From Eledone cirrhosa (lineage: Eukaryota): a stretch of DNA of 64,000 bases. The notes under the pieces are model-generated. The model was not told the DNA's origin. It was given only the letters and a program-made list of their open reading frames with translations, and searched no databases. This document shows positions 36,047 to 53,621 of the stretch, one piece after another (positions within the stretch are counted from its first letter, which is position 1; the number at the start of each line of letters is the position of its first letter). The translations under genes and the position numbers were made by a program. Where the stretch lies: the NCBI GenBank assembly GCA_964016885.1, contig OZ024743.1, positions 91,016,001 to 91,080,000 on the forward strand. The letters run 5' to 3'.

Positions 36047-38192
36047 ATGCTGACAAGAATCGACCTCAATACCTCCTTGAAGAACATTCCTATCCCACCA
36101 AGGAAACAGTACCTAAAAGCCCTCATTAGACGGACTGATGAATTCATCAAACGAATTAGATGGAGATCGTTCTTTTTCGACCACCCTGATGTAGCATCTA
36201 CCAATAATGAGATGTACGGCTTTAAATCTAATAAGGCTCCACCCACCAACAGCCTACTTGAACCATTTGAAGAAGACCTCTTTCAAATGATCAAAAATAT
36301 TAAATTCAGGAAAGTCAACATACCTTTCCAAACGGACTTAAAGGAGAAACTTCTGAAAATGAAAAGTTCCCCGTACCTCCACGTCCCTTCAGACAAAACA
36401 AAAAAGACTTATGCGGTTATTCCTGACACCTACAACAAGCTTGCTGATAATGCCATCACAGCAAAGTACAAAAAAGTTGATGACACTACTTTGACTGAAA
36501 CAAACTTAGCCGGAAAGAAGATCGCCACTTCCCTTAAACTGGAAGACCGGACAGAACCTCTGAGGGTAAAGTCCCCACACTTCACCCTGAAAGACCACAA
36601 GAACAACTTTGATAATAAACCGTCGGTCCGGCTGATTAACCCGACCAAGTCTGACATAGGATCCGTCAGTAAGAAGATCTTGGACAGGATTCTACCTAGA
36701 CTACGTGCTGCCTCACCCCTCCCACTCTGGAATAGGACATCCGAGACAATCACATGGTTCCGGGATTTGCCCAACAAAAGCAACACCCGTTTCCTGCAGC
36801 TAGACATCGAGGACTACTACGCCTCCATATCAGAGAGCCTGCCGATTGACGCGATTAACTTCGCCAGGAACTTTACCACTATCACCGAAGCCGAGCAGGA
36901 TGTGATCCTCCATGCACGTAAGACTTTTCTTTACCATGACAGATCCCACTGGATCAACAAAAAATCTGAGACCCCCTTCGACGTTAGCATGGGTGCTAGC
37001 GACTCGGCTGAAATAAGTGACCTTGTGGGTCTGTTCATCCTCCACAGGTTGAAGACCCTCTTCACAGGCCTCTCCGGCGGTCTCTACCGAGATGACGGCC
37101 TCTTTGCCCTCCACAAAATCAACTCCAGGACCACGGATGGGTTCAGGAAAAACCTTTACACCTTCTTTAAAAACTTAGGCCTTAGGATTACCTTAGATTC
37201 GAACTTAACTAAAGCTAACTTCCTAGACGTTACCCTCGACTTTGAAACTTCCCTTTACTACCCGTACCACAAACCTAATGAATCCCTTAGATATATAGAC
37301 GTTAATTCTAACCACCCCCAAAATATATTAGACAACCTAGTGAAAAGTGTCTCCATTAGGATATCTAGCCTCGCCGCCAATGAAGATATCTTTAGAGCAG
37401 CAGCCCCCTATTACAACGAGGCCCTGGCCCGCAGCGGCTTTAGAGATAAGATCACCTACCTTAGTATAGCCCCACGCCCACCCAGGAAGAATAGGCGAAG
37501 GCACATTAGCTGGTACAACCCCCCCCCCCTTCAACCGCGAAGTTTCAACACCTGTAGCTAAAATTTTCTTCACTCTCTTACAAAAACACTTCCCCACCCA
37601 ACATAGGTACTATACAATCCTTAATAAGAATACCATCAGACTCTCCTACTCTACCACACCTAATCTAGCTAAGAACTAAGCCAACAATAACGTCAATAAG
37701 CTAAATAAGTCTACTTTTTCCGAAGCCCATCCAGCAACCGATGGCAATTGCAATTGCCCTGATAAGACTACTTGCCCCCTCAACAACAACTGTCTAAAAA
37801 AAGATCTCGTCTATATATGCGATGTACTCTCAGGCCCCGATGAAAAAAGAAACTCGTACATCGGGATGACTTCTAACAGTTTTAAGACTCGCTGGTACGC
37901 CCACACACATTCGTTCCGGCGCCCAGACAAATCTAACCAAACAACACTCGCCGCCCACATCTGGCACCTTAAAAGGAACTCCATCCCCTTCAAGACCCAA
38001 TGGAGACTACTCCAGAGAGCGCGATCTTACACGGGAGGACATAATTGCTGTGACCTCTGTATCTCCGAGAGCTATGAGATTCTATTCGCCAAAGGCCCTC
38101 TCCTCAACAAGATCTCGGAACACTCCCCTAATTGCATGCACAAGAACTATGCAAATTACAAAAACTACAGACCCACCCGGCCCCCCGATTGA
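36047..38192 (+). pseudogene. PLE RT + GIY-YIG endonuclease (frameshift in the C-run at ~37520, TAA at ~37677)
   Basis: SLKNIP, RLINP, LDIEDYYASI, MGASDS, LYRDD, FLDV; CNCPDKTTCPLNNNC, LVY...YIGMT, CCDLCISE...CMH. Confidence 0.9.
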
Positions 38193-38398
38193 CCCCCCTA
38201 TCACCACCCCACCCCGTCCCCCATCCCACTTCCGTCCCTCCTTCTCTCATTATTACCTTCTTTCCTCCCCTCCAGGTCTTTATATTGTGTTGTATGCCTC
38301 TGAGTAAGATTCCGTGGCCGCACACACACATTCACGTATATATCTGCTCATGCTTGCATTCGTGCAGTTATGAACTGCTGCAAGCACACGGTCGAGAT

Positions 38399-38429
<31 letters not shown>

Positions 38430-38430
38430 C

Positions 38431-38461
<31 letters not shown>

Positions 38462-38801
38462 TTTGTTTATTTGTTTATCTGTTTGTTTGTTTGTTTGTTA
38501 GTTAATTAATTTATTTATTATTTAATAAGTGAATGATTAAATAATGAATAGATAAAAATAAAAGATAGGTAATAAATAGTGAATGGTAAATAATAAATAA
38601 TAATTATTTACTTGATGATAATATTAATAATTTAGTAGTGATAATAAATATTTTAATCTTTTATCAGGCTCAGTTTATAATTTGTCCCACTACTTTTTCC
38701 CAATATATATAGATACATATATGTGTGTGAACGAGTGCGTGTATGTGTAGATGTGTATATGTGTATGTATTTGTATGTGTGTATGTGTATATATGTGTAT
38801 A

Positions 38802-38901
<100 letters not shown>

Positions 38902-39019
38902 TATGTATGTGTTTGTGTGTGTGTATGTATGTGTATGTATGTGTGTGTATATGTATGTATATGTATGTATAGAATAGTTTATACCGAGAGACATACATAC
39001 ATGTATATATATATATATA

Positions 39020-39070
<51 letters not shown>

Positions 39071-39449
39071 GTGTATGTGTATGTATATATATATGTGTGT
39101 GTATGCGTGTGTTTGTATATGTGTGTGTATGTGCTTTTTTGTGTGTGTATATATATATAAATATATGTATAGATATACATATATATGTGTGTGTAAGTGT
39201 TTATGTATGTGGTTGTGAGTATGTAAATATATTTTATTCTTTTCATTCTACAAAAACACTCTGGCCACCTGTAGCTTGTATGTTAACTTGACCACTCACC
39301 TTAGAACAATGGTCTGTGCCATGATTCGGTCTTGTTTATCTTCTAATACCAACCCACCTAAAAAAAATTTCCCTACTATATATATCTGTTGAATTACTAT
39401 TCTTGGAGTTTTTATTTATTTTTATTCATTCATTCATTCATTCATTCAT

Positions 39450-39480
<31 letters not shown>

Positions 39481-39717
39481 CTTTTTCTTTTTCCTTTTCT
39501 TTTTCTTTTTCTTTTTCTTTTTCTTTTTCTTTTCCTTTTTCTTTTTATTTTACAAAAGCACTCCGGCTAATTGACCACTCCCCAAAGAAAAAACGGTCTG
39601 TGCCATGTTATGGTCCTGTGTATCTAAATACCAATCTACCCCCCCCCCCCCCCTCAACCACCACCCCTCCCCTACCACTACCTAAATGTATAAATACCAG
39701 AACTTAATATGACACCC

Positions 39718-39768
39718 AGCTTCCTGAAGATTTCATCTGAATGAAACAGTTCTAGTCCTGTAGAAGCT
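39718..39768 (+). ncRNA. Hammerhead in the PLE 3' pLTR
   Basis: agcttc-CTGAAGA-tttcatctgaat-GAAA-cagttctagtcctg-TA-gaagct. Confidence 0.8.
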
Positions 39769-39995
39769 CCTTCTATACAATAAATATATTTTACTCTGCC
39801 ATGTATTGAGTACCTTACTTACTGTGGTTATCCCCGACTCAACCCGGGACCTACGTATATATATATATATATATATATATTTGACTCCAGTTCCTCAGTG
39901 AATTAACAACTCAACAAGGAACTGGGCATATCAGAGTATTGACAATATTATACACCTAAACAACATATGTACTTGTCTATACCATACTAATTCAA

Positions 39996-40050
39996 ACTGC
40001 CTGAAGAGGTCACAGCCAAAGATGGCTGTCACTGAAATATATATAGCAGT
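39996..40050 (+). ncRNA. Type I hammerhead in a ~220 bp (TA)n-flanked element (39881-40100)
   Basis: actgc-CTGAAGA-ggtcacagcca/tggctgtcact-GAAA-tatata-TA-gcagt. Confidence 0.8.
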
Positions 40051-40742
40051 AATAAACGAAGCTAAATTTTAATCATTTGACTTTTATTTAACTTTATTTT
40101 ATATATATATATATATATATATTGTTATACTTTGGGAGGGCCATGTTGCCAATAAGACACACACGCACCAGTTGCTTTCACTTCAATTTATTATAAATTA
40201 AATTTATAAATTTAGGATTTTATAAATTTCCGGTTGGTTGGTTGGTTCCACAACCAGACGATTGTTCATATATTGTCAAAGTTCATATATTGTCATATAT
40301 TGTCAAAGACAATATATGAACAATCGTCTGGTTGTGGAACCAACCAACCAACCGGAAATTTATAAAATCCTAAATTTATAAATTTAATTTATAATAAATT
40401 GAAGTGAAAGCAACTGGTGCGTGTGTGTCTGATTGGCAACATGGCCCTCCCAAAGTATAACAATATCGGTTTCAACACACGTTTTCAGATAAAGAATCTT
40501 GCTAAACAAATTCAGAAACGAAATATATATATATATATATATATATAACGAAGGAAATGTGGTAAGGAACCAGGTGGACCATAACGCACCAAAGTACTCA
40601 ATACTTAGGGCAGTAGAGTGGGTAATAGGAACGAGTAGGACCCCGACGGCTGAGCTCAAGCCGTTTCGACGGCTAGTTCTAGTTCTAGTCCAGAACTAGC
40701 CGTCGAAACGGCTTGAGCTCAGCCGTCGGGGTCCTACTCGTT

Positions 40743-40797
<55 letters not shown>

Positions 40798-40798
<1 letters not shown>

Positions 40799-42436
40799 GG
40801 AAAATTTGAACAGGAACAAAACAGAGAGGCAGTACAACGAATGTTTATTAATTTCACGCTCTGGAGAGTGGGGTGGTGGTGGGGAATGACGTTTCGGGCA
40901 TAAGCCCTTCCTCGGGTGAGAAGTGTGTGGGAACAGAGTTCAAAGGGTGTGTAGGGGAGTGGTGGAGAGACATATAGCGAAAGGAAACGGTGCGAATGAA
41001 ATTAAAAATAAAAATAAAAATAAAGCATGATCAAAATAAAAAGAAATGAAATAAAAATAAAGATAAAAGCATGATCAAAATAAACTGAAATTAAAAAGGG
41101 GTAAAACAGGTGGTGGAAGGGTGTGGGGTGTGTAGGGGTGGTGGCGGGTGGAGTGGGGAGAGGGAGACGGGGTGTCCGAGCGGGGAGGGCTGGAGGTGGT
41201 GTGTGTGTGTAGGTGTACGTGTGTGTGTATGTGAAAGCAAGGGTTGGGGGAAGAACGGGGTTGCATGTTCAGGAAGAGGTGTGTGTATGGGGGGGGTGTA
41301 GGTCGGAGTGTCTGTGCGTGTGTGGATAGAGGGGTGGGGGGAGAGGAATCAGGAGGCTGAGGGTGTAAATATGTGGTGGAAAGCACGTGTGTGTGGGGTT
41401 TAAGCGTGTTGTGGGTGTAGGTGGCGTGTGAGAGAAACATTTTTTGGGGTGTGTGTGTGTGTGGGTGAGTTATATAGGTGATTCCGTAAGAGGATAGTTG
41501 AAATGTTGGTAAATTCCTATGATGTTAGTAGATTCCGCGGTGGTCAAGTACCACATACGAGTATTCCATGAAGAGATGGTCGGAAGAGGAGAGATGTGGG
41601 CTGCGCGCGCAACAGGAAATGGTCAAGGGGGTGGGAGTGCTGTGTGTCTGTTTGTGCTGGGAGGTGGTCAGAGGGCATAGCAGCAGTCGGGTGGAACGGT
41701 AAAGGGGCGAGGATGGGTAGGTGTGAAAGTTGGAGTGAGGAGGGTGTGTGTGTGTATTAGTAGAGGTGTTAGTGGGATGAGTGAGTGTGGAGAAAGGGTG
41801 TGGGTGGAGCGGGAGAGAAGGGTGTGTGTAGTTCGATGGAGGATGTGTGGTGTACTGGTGTGTGTGTAGTTTGATGAAGGGGGTGTTAGTGGGTGTTAGT
41901 AAACGGGAGGTGGGGAAAGGGTTGAATGCAGGTGTGAGTGGGGGTTAGTGGTGGTAGGGTGTGTAGAGTTGGTGGTGTACGAGGGTGTGTGGGTACGTGT
42001 GCGTGGGGTTGGGGGGTGTTAGTGATGTTAGTTGCGTGTGGGGTGGGTGGTGTAAGTGGGTGCGTGTGTTCGTGTGCTTGGGGTCAGGGGGTGTTAGTGA
42101 GGTTAGTTGCGGGGTGGTGGGATTGAGGTGTGGGGATGAGGGTTAGTGGTGGTAGTAGGGTGTGTGTTTAGTGTGAGCATGTGTATATATGTGCCGGTGG
42201 GTGTGTGCGTGTGATAAGGAGGGGGGGGGGGAGAAGAAGGGAGGGATGTTAGTATGTTAGTTGGGGAAGGGTGGTCGGATTTTTGTAGGAAATGAGGAGT
42301 AAAACCAAGGATGAAGTGAAGTTCACCACATGTTTGGTGGGTAGGTGGGTGTTTGGGTAGGTGGCAGAGTTTAGACTGAACTAAAGTTCACCACATGTAT
42401 TGGTAGGTGGCTGGGTGGCTGTGTTTAGTCTGTTCC

Positions 42437-42440
<4 letters not shown>
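40798..42440 (-). mobile_element. Probable degenerate PLE 3' region with CA-rich low-complexity body
   Basis: 40800-40975 is homologous to 34730-34915, including the HHR-like core; GT-rich on plus. Confidence 0.45.
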
Positions 42441-42524
<84 letters not shown>

Positions 42525-42776
42525 AACAAGTAGGACCCAGACGGCTGAGCTCAACCGTTTCGACGGCTAATTCTGAGTCCAGAATTAGCCGTCGAAACGG
42601 CTTGAGCTCAGCCGTCGGGGTCCTACTTGTTCCTATTACCCACTCTACTACCCTAAGTATTGAGTACTTTGGTGCGTTATGATCCATCTGGATCCTGACC
42701 ACATTTCCTTCGTTATATATATATATATATATATACGATATTAATAAATGGAAACTATATTTATAAAACCATATTT

Positions 42777-42839
42777 ATTTCATTATACATATTTCAGGGA
42801 TACCAAATTAAATTATGGTATGCCTTCATCAGACAAAAT
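42777..42839 (-). ncRNA. Type I hammerhead (left arm of inverted repeat 42735-43106)
   Basis: Reverse complement of 43001-43063. Confidence 0.75.
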
Positions 42840-43000
42840 ACAATATATAACAGTTTTACAAATAAGCTTTGACGTACCCTATTAAAATGCAACCATTATT
42901 TTTGGAAGCCATCTGGATAGTGAGTTGTTTATATTATTTTAATAAGTCATAGTGTTAAGGACAATTAGAAAAAGACGGTTGTAAAACTGTTATATATTGT

Positions 43001-43063
43001 ATTTTGTCTGATGAAGGCATACCATAATTTAATTTGGTATCCCTGAAATATGTATAATGAAAT
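43001..43063 (+). ncRNA. Type I hammerhead (right arm)
   Basis: attttgt-CTGATGA-aggcatacca...tggtatccct-GAAA-tatgta-TA-atgaaat. Confidence 0.75.
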
Positions 43064-43192
43064 AAATATGGTTTTATAAATATAGTTTCCATTTATTAAT
43101 ATCGTATATCTACTCCAAATACTTGTCGAGTGCTTTCTATCAGTTATAAAAATATTTACTTGTTGTATCCCAACAATTTTAAATAGAACTTT

Positions 43193-43256
<64 letters not shown>

Positions 43257-43796
43257 AAAGAATAGAGGTGTAACACACAAGTTATGATATATTGGTAAAC
43301 GGAATAGAAAATGGTGGCAAATTGTTCACAGTGAAAAATAGTTTAATTAGGAATAAGTGAAAATTAGTAATAGTATTGGTTAGTATTAAGTTTTGGTTTT
43401 AAGTTTTACCGGTTGCGCATTTCTAATGCTTTTCAAAAATAATTTTGAGATAGAGCGTCCGTGATGTTTGCTCTGATTAGTTTTGGGAATTCTACCTGTT
43501 TTTATGTTAAAAAAGTGGCTCCAGCGGTATTAAAATAAGTTTTGCGCCAATTCGTGTTGCAAAAATTCTTGTGGTCAAAACAATTTTGATTGGTCGGTAG
43601 AGGTCATGTGAATGTAAAAAATTGATTTTGCGCCAAATGTAGGTTTATGTCGGCTGACTGAGGGATAAGTCTTTCACAACAAATATGTGACTGTGTGTGT
43701 GTGTAGTAGTAGTAAAGAGGTTCGTTGTTGTGATAATGGTCAGCAGGGATGTGTGTGCGAACCGCAGTCTGTTGACAGTTCAAATGCCTATTAAGA

Positions 43797-43843
<47 letters not shown>

Positions 43844-43936
43844 CAGAGTAATTCATGGTAGAGGGATGGTCAGTAGGAATGTGTCTGTAAGTGTGTGGGG
43901 GATATTTTAACATGTTAAAATATATTTTTTCAGCTC

Positions 43937-44036
<100 letters not shown>

Positions 44037-44131
44037 GTGTGTGTGTGTGTGTCTGTGTGTGTGTATGTGTGTGTCTGTAAGTGTGTGGGGGATATTTTTT
44101 TCAGCTCTTGTCTTATACGGAGAAGTGTGTG

Positions 44132-44163
<32 letters not shown>

Positions 44164-44718
44164 CTCTTTGTATGTTAATGTACGCGTGTGTATGTGTGTG
44201 TGTATATATGTGTGTGTGAGAGAATGTGTGTGTGTGTGGGTGGATCAGTATTTATTTCTGTTAAAATGGTGTACATTATTCGATATTTTCAGTAAAATCG
44301 ATTCTCTCAATAGAACATCAAAAACCTTAATAATAAAAGGTGTGAAATGATATATAGTATTGGCATAATACCAAGGTGTGTGTGAGTGTGTCCAGATTGT
44401 ACGTACTGCAAGGGGGATCCATTAGGCCTTGCCGTATTGGAATATCTGTGCACAAATATGTATCTGGAGTGTGTCCAGAAATTGTATACCCGTGCACAAA
44501 TTGTATACCTGTGCACAAATTGTATACCTGTGCACAAATATGTATTTGGAGTGTGTCCAGATTGTACGTACTGCAAGGGGAATTCATTAGGCCTGGCCGT
44601 ATTGGAATACCTGTGCACAAATATGTATGTGCCCATCAGTGTGCAATGCATGTGTGCATTTATGTATGTGTGTGTGTCGGCACGTTTATATCTATAGACA
44701 TCAAAAGGTATGCAAATT

Positions 44719-44774
<56 letters not shown>

Positions 44775-44869
44775 CTTGGGGGGGGGGGTCATATTTGTGT
44801 AATATTGCCAGAATTAATAACAGAACACACGATTTCATCTCAAAAACCTCGCAAAACTAATTCATCGCC

Positions 44870-44939
<70 letters not shown>

Positions 44940-45344
44940 TTCTACATCTGTGTGTGTTATCGTTCTACATCTATTGTCCATGCTTGCATGGATTAGACGG
45001 GTTGTCACATTACAATTTGACATGGTTTCTACGGTTGGATGCACCTGCTTAGCTGCCTGTATTGATTAATTAATATACGTTCACAACGCTTGTACAATTG
45101 TGCTGATTAGAAAAGAGCGAACCAGTTTAATCCGAGTTTGTATATACCTATATAAATGGCTATAAGAAGCTATTATTCAAATTGTAATAAATATCCAATG
45201 AAACTAGTTAGACTTCTCTTCTTTTATTTGTTACAGAAAAGTTCCAGGGAACTCCGTCAGTTACGACGACGAATATTATTTAAGACACCATAGGAAAAAA
45301 ACAATATATGGAACATTATATTATGTAACATTCTCTCATTATTA

Positions 45345-45512
45345 TCAGTAGAGGGTCGGACGCCATGCTTTCCAGCATAGTTACGTCCCTTTACGATCTG
45401 AGTTCAAATCCCGCCGAGGTTGACTTTGCCTTCCATCCTTACGGGGTCGATAAAATAAAGTACCAGTAATGCACTGAGTAATTGCTGGCCTTGTGCCTAA
45501 AGTAGAAACAAT
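45345..45512 (+). mobile_element. tRNA-SINE copy
   Basis: gagttcaaatcccgccgaggttgactttgccttccatcc. Confidence 0.75.
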
Positions 45513-45787
45513 TATTTTAATTTATATTCCTTTGAAGTTCCGATGAGCCGCTCTGTCTTTTAAATATGTTAATTATTTTCAACTGAACCAGATCAATTAT
45601 GATATATAGTCATCTGATCCAGAAATATTATATGGAGTAGCGAAACAATTGTAAACGGACATTATTATTATTAATATTATTATTATTATTATTCTCTACA
45701 TTCCTTACATCAAACTAAAATATGTTGAGAATCTTTTAATAATGTCTTCCTTGTGAAATTTGTGGTCTTGTTTTGCTTAACTAATGA

Positions 45788-49591
<3,804 letters not shown>

Positions 49592-50018
49592 TATATATAT
49601 AATTGCGACATCTGTTTATAATGAAAGCAAATGGTTGTTCCTATTTATTAATACAACTTTCATTCCACCACCGCAAGAGGTGCTGGTTGCTTTCCTTCAG
49701 TTGAACGTAACAAGAGTGAAATACCATAATTTATCAGTGAACTAAATTTTATTAGTGACATTCAAAATATTTGGGGAACTAGGCTTCTCATCGCGAATTT
49801 TTTGTTATTGCTCATCTTACTGAGATATCAGGTGATGCTGATTACTGAACTGTATTTAACTGTTTCAGCGCTTCATCTTCGCTAGCATGTGGTTGGATGC
49901 GTCTAAAAATCGCTATCTGCAGTGCTGTTGTGACATTCGACTTTAAATACAGCATATACCAACCAAATTATCAAAGTATTTTGATAATTTGGTTGGTATA
50001 TGCAGTATTTAAAGTCGA

Positions 50019-50207
50019 AGGCGGTGGATTGGCAGTATCGGTAAAGGGTCGGACGCCATGCTTTCCAGGATAGTTACGTCCCTTAACGACCTGAGTTCAA
50101 ATCCCGCCGAGGTTGACTTTGCCTTTCGTCCTTACGGGGTCGATAAAATAAAGTACCAGTAATGCACTGGGTAATTGCTGGCCTTAACCAAAAGTAGAAA
50201 CAATTAT
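50019..50207 (+). mobile_element. tRNA-SINE copy
   Basis: ggcggtggattggcagtatcgg...gagttcaaatccc. Confidence 0.78.
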
Positions 50208-50224
50208 TATATACGGTATCTTTG

Positions 50225-50600
50225 CAGACAGGCAGCCAGACAGACAGATATTATAAGCATGCGACGTTATAGTTATGTATCTAATGCAGACAGCCAGACA
50301 TACAGAGACATATTATAAGGGCGCGACGTTATAGCTATATATCTATCTAAAAAGACAGACTAAGAAAGAGAGGGGAATGTCGTATAACCGGAAGTGTTGA
50401 CATTTGAACATTTTAAAGAAGTGAATATTTAAATAAACGATAAAATATCTTTAATCTTTTAATGAAATTTAGAAGACAAAAATACCCTCACTTTCTTACT
50501 TGGAAAAAGTTACATCTATGGTGCAAATTTGGTGCTTTTTGGTCCAGCCGTTTGGCGAAAAGTTTGTTACATACATACGGCCGTCAGCTTTATAATATAT
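50225..50600 (-). mobile_element. Inverted copy of the Helitron 5' segment
   Basis: Reverse complement of ~45813-46165. Confidence 0.65.
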
Positions 50601-51107
50601 ATAATAATAATAATACAAGGACGATTTGTTAAGCCTTCATTACGTTTATTGATTGGTGGCGCGCATTTGGCTAGCCAATAAAACATGTTAATACTTGAAA
50701 TAAACCCTACTGTATAGCTTCTCCGTGTTATTCTTCATTCCTTCATTATATAAATCATAGCAATGAGAGAAGGCACATAATAAATTGTCAGATAACAGGG
50801 AATAAAGTACCTATTATCTGACACAATTTATTATGTGCTTTCTCCTATTGCTATGATTTATAATGAGCTCGGTCTCTCTTCCTTGAAGTCCCTTGATCAT
50901 AGCGGACTATTGTGAGTTTCTAGCTCTATATTTTAATAATTTGATATATATATATATTGAGTATATTTTGGTTGTTTACCGACACCTCACTATGCAGATT
51001 GGAGCACTCGACGAAGTACGCAGGTTGTTTTGTTCACTCCGGAGTAATGTAAAATAATTAAGTCAAATATGTAAGATTTGGCTTCGTTTATTATAAATTA
51101 TAGATAT

Positions 51108-51162
51108 ACTGCTATATATATTTCGGTGACAGCCATCATTGGTTGTGACCTCTTCAGGCAGT
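51108..51162 (-). ncRNA. Type I hammerhead (left arm of inverted repeat 51064-51356)
   Basis: Reverse complement of 51254-51308; same family as 39996-40050. Confidence 0.8.
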
Positions 51163-51253
51163 CCGAATTGGTGTGGGAAAGACAGGTACACATGTTGACG
51201 GAATAAAACACACTTCAACAACATGTGTTCCTGTCTTTCCCACACCAATTCGG

Positions 51254-51308
51254 ACTGCCTGAAGAGGTCACAACCAATGATGGCTGTCACCGAAATATAT
51301 ATAGCAGT
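51254..51308 (+). ncRNA. Type I hammerhead (right arm)
   Basis: actgc-CTGAAGA-ggtcacaacca/tggctgtcacc-GAAA-tatata-TA-gcagt. Confidence 0.8.
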
Positions 51309-51778
51309 ATATCTATAGGTAATTTATAATAAACGAAGCCAAATTTTACATATTTGTATATAAAAGAAAAACCCCAAAACGTAATGTACACTCCTTCAGA
51401 TACAGACAACGACGGAGAATACTAATGTTTTTTTCTAAAAAAAGTTTAAGGCAACATAAAACCACTTGAGCCATGCTAGCGAAGATGAAGCGCTGAAACA
51501 GTTAAATACAGTTCAGTAATCAGCATCACCTGATATCTCAGCAAGATGAGCAATAACAAAAAAATTGCGATGAGAAACCTAGTTCCCCAAATATTTTGAA
51601 TGTCACTAATAAAATTTAGTTCACTGATAAATTATGGTATTTCACTCTTGTTACGTTCAACTGGAGAGCAACCAGCACCTCTTGCGGTGGTGGAATGAAA
51701 GTTGTATTAATAAATAGGAACAACCATTTGCTTTCATTGTAAACAGATGTCGCAATTATATATATATATATATATATA

Positions 51779-53300
51779 TTTATTCCAATTTCTAATTTCT
51801 GCCGGACCGGCAACCGCTCTTTCAAACCAGTTCCTGTACACAGCTAAGTATTCTATAAGTCTCTAGCTGTGTCATTCTCGATAAAAGCACTGGATATGTA
51901 GTCCTGATGATTTCTAACGAGAATGAAACGCGTAGATTACTTCCCTTGCTTTTATCGAGAATCTAATTGTAATACGTGACGTATTCTATTCTATAGCGAT
52001 TAGGTCTTCAAAATGTTTATTATAAACATACAGAATATTTTCGAATATTCTATGTCTATATTCACATATATATCGCTATTTCAGAGCATTTATTCCAATT
52101 TCTAATTTCTGCCGGACCGGCAACCGCTCTTTCAAACCAGTTCCTGTACACAGCTAAGTATTCTATAAGTCTCTAGCTGTGTCATTCTCGATAAAAGCAC
52201 TGGATATGTAGTCCTGATGATTTCTAACGAGAATGAAACGCGTAGATTACTTCCCTTGCTTTTATCGAGAATCTAATTGTAATACGTGACGTATTCTATT
52301 CTATAGCGATTAGGTCTTCAAAATGTTTATTATAAACATACAGAATATTTTCGAATATTCTATGTCTATATTCACATATATATCGCTATTTCAGAGCATT
52401 TATTCCAATTTCTAATTTCTGCCGGACCGGCAACCGCTCTTTCAAACCAGTTCCTGTACACAGCTAAGTATTCTATAAGTCTCTAGCTGTGTCATTCTCG
52501 ATAAAAGCACTGGATATGTAGTCCTGATGATTTCTAACGAGAATGAAACGCGTAGATTACTTCCCTTGCTTTTATCGAGAATCTAATTGTAATACGTGAC
52601 GTATTCTATTCTATAGCGATTAGGTCTTCAAAATGTTTATTATAAACATACAGAATATTTTCGAATATTCTATGTCTATATTCACATATATATCGCTATT
52701 TCAGAGCATTTATTCCAATTTCTAATTTCTGCCGGACCGGCAACCGCTCTTTCAAACCAGTTCCTGTACACAGCTAAGTATTCTATAAGTCTCTAGCTGT
52801 GTCATTCTCGATAAAAGCACTGGATATGTAGTCCTGATGATTTCTAACGAGAATGAAACGCGTAGATTACTTCCCTTGCTTTTATCGAGAATCTAATTGT
52901 AATACGTGACGTATTCTATTCTATAGCGATTAGGTCTTCAAAATGTTTATTATAAACATACAGAATATTTTCGAATATTCTATGTCTATATTCACATATA
53001 TATCGCTATTTCAGAGCATTTATTCCAATTTCTAATTTCTGCCGGACCGGCAACCGCTCTTTCAAACCAGTTCCTGTACACAGCTAAGTATTCTATAAGT
53101 CTCTAGCTGTGTCATTCTCGATAAAAGCACTGGATATGTAGTCCTGATGATTTCTAACGAGAATGAAACGCGTAGATTACTTCCCTTGCTTTTATCGAGA
53201 ATCTAATTGTAATACGTGACGTATTCTATTCTATAGCGATTAGGTCTTCAAAATGTTTATTATAAACATACAGAATATTTTCGAATATTCTATGTCTATA

Positions 53301-53305
<5 letters not shown>
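51779..53305 (+). repeat. Tandem array of ~4.9 apparently identical 310 bp units, each with a hammerhead (non-LTR retrozyme-like)
   Basis: tattccaatt recurs at 51781, 52091, 52401, 52711 and 53021; (TA)n on both sides. Confidence 0.95.
51874..51962 (+). ncRNA. Type I hammerhead with extended helix I (repeated at +310, +620, +930, +1240)
   Basis: attctcgataaaagca..gtagtc-CTGATGA-tttctaacgagaat-GAAA-cgcg-TA-gattac..tgcttttatcgagaat; predicted cleavage after 51934. Confidence 0.88.
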
Positions 53306-53345
<40 letters not shown>

Positions 53346-53621
53346 TGAGCTGCACTGATGAAGAGTGATGCCCAAAAACATTAGTGTCTGCAGTTCTGTT
53401 TACATGCTAACACAAGAGCAAGAATGAGGGGCTCATTCTACTGACATGGCTTAAAAGAGGCTTGTTTGCATAATTGTAAACGAATCGAACATTATTATTA
53501 ATATTCGAAACACTCAGGTTACATTTATATATATACATTTTATGGAAATTATCAGTGGGTACTCCCGATTACACTCGGGCCTCACACACACATATATATG
53601 TATATATGTATGTGTGTGTGT

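Noticed and set aside
37740-38192. Selenocysteine recoding in the Naiad-like PLE
   Set aside because: Conserved cysteines use TGC/TGT, and the in-frame stop seen is TAA
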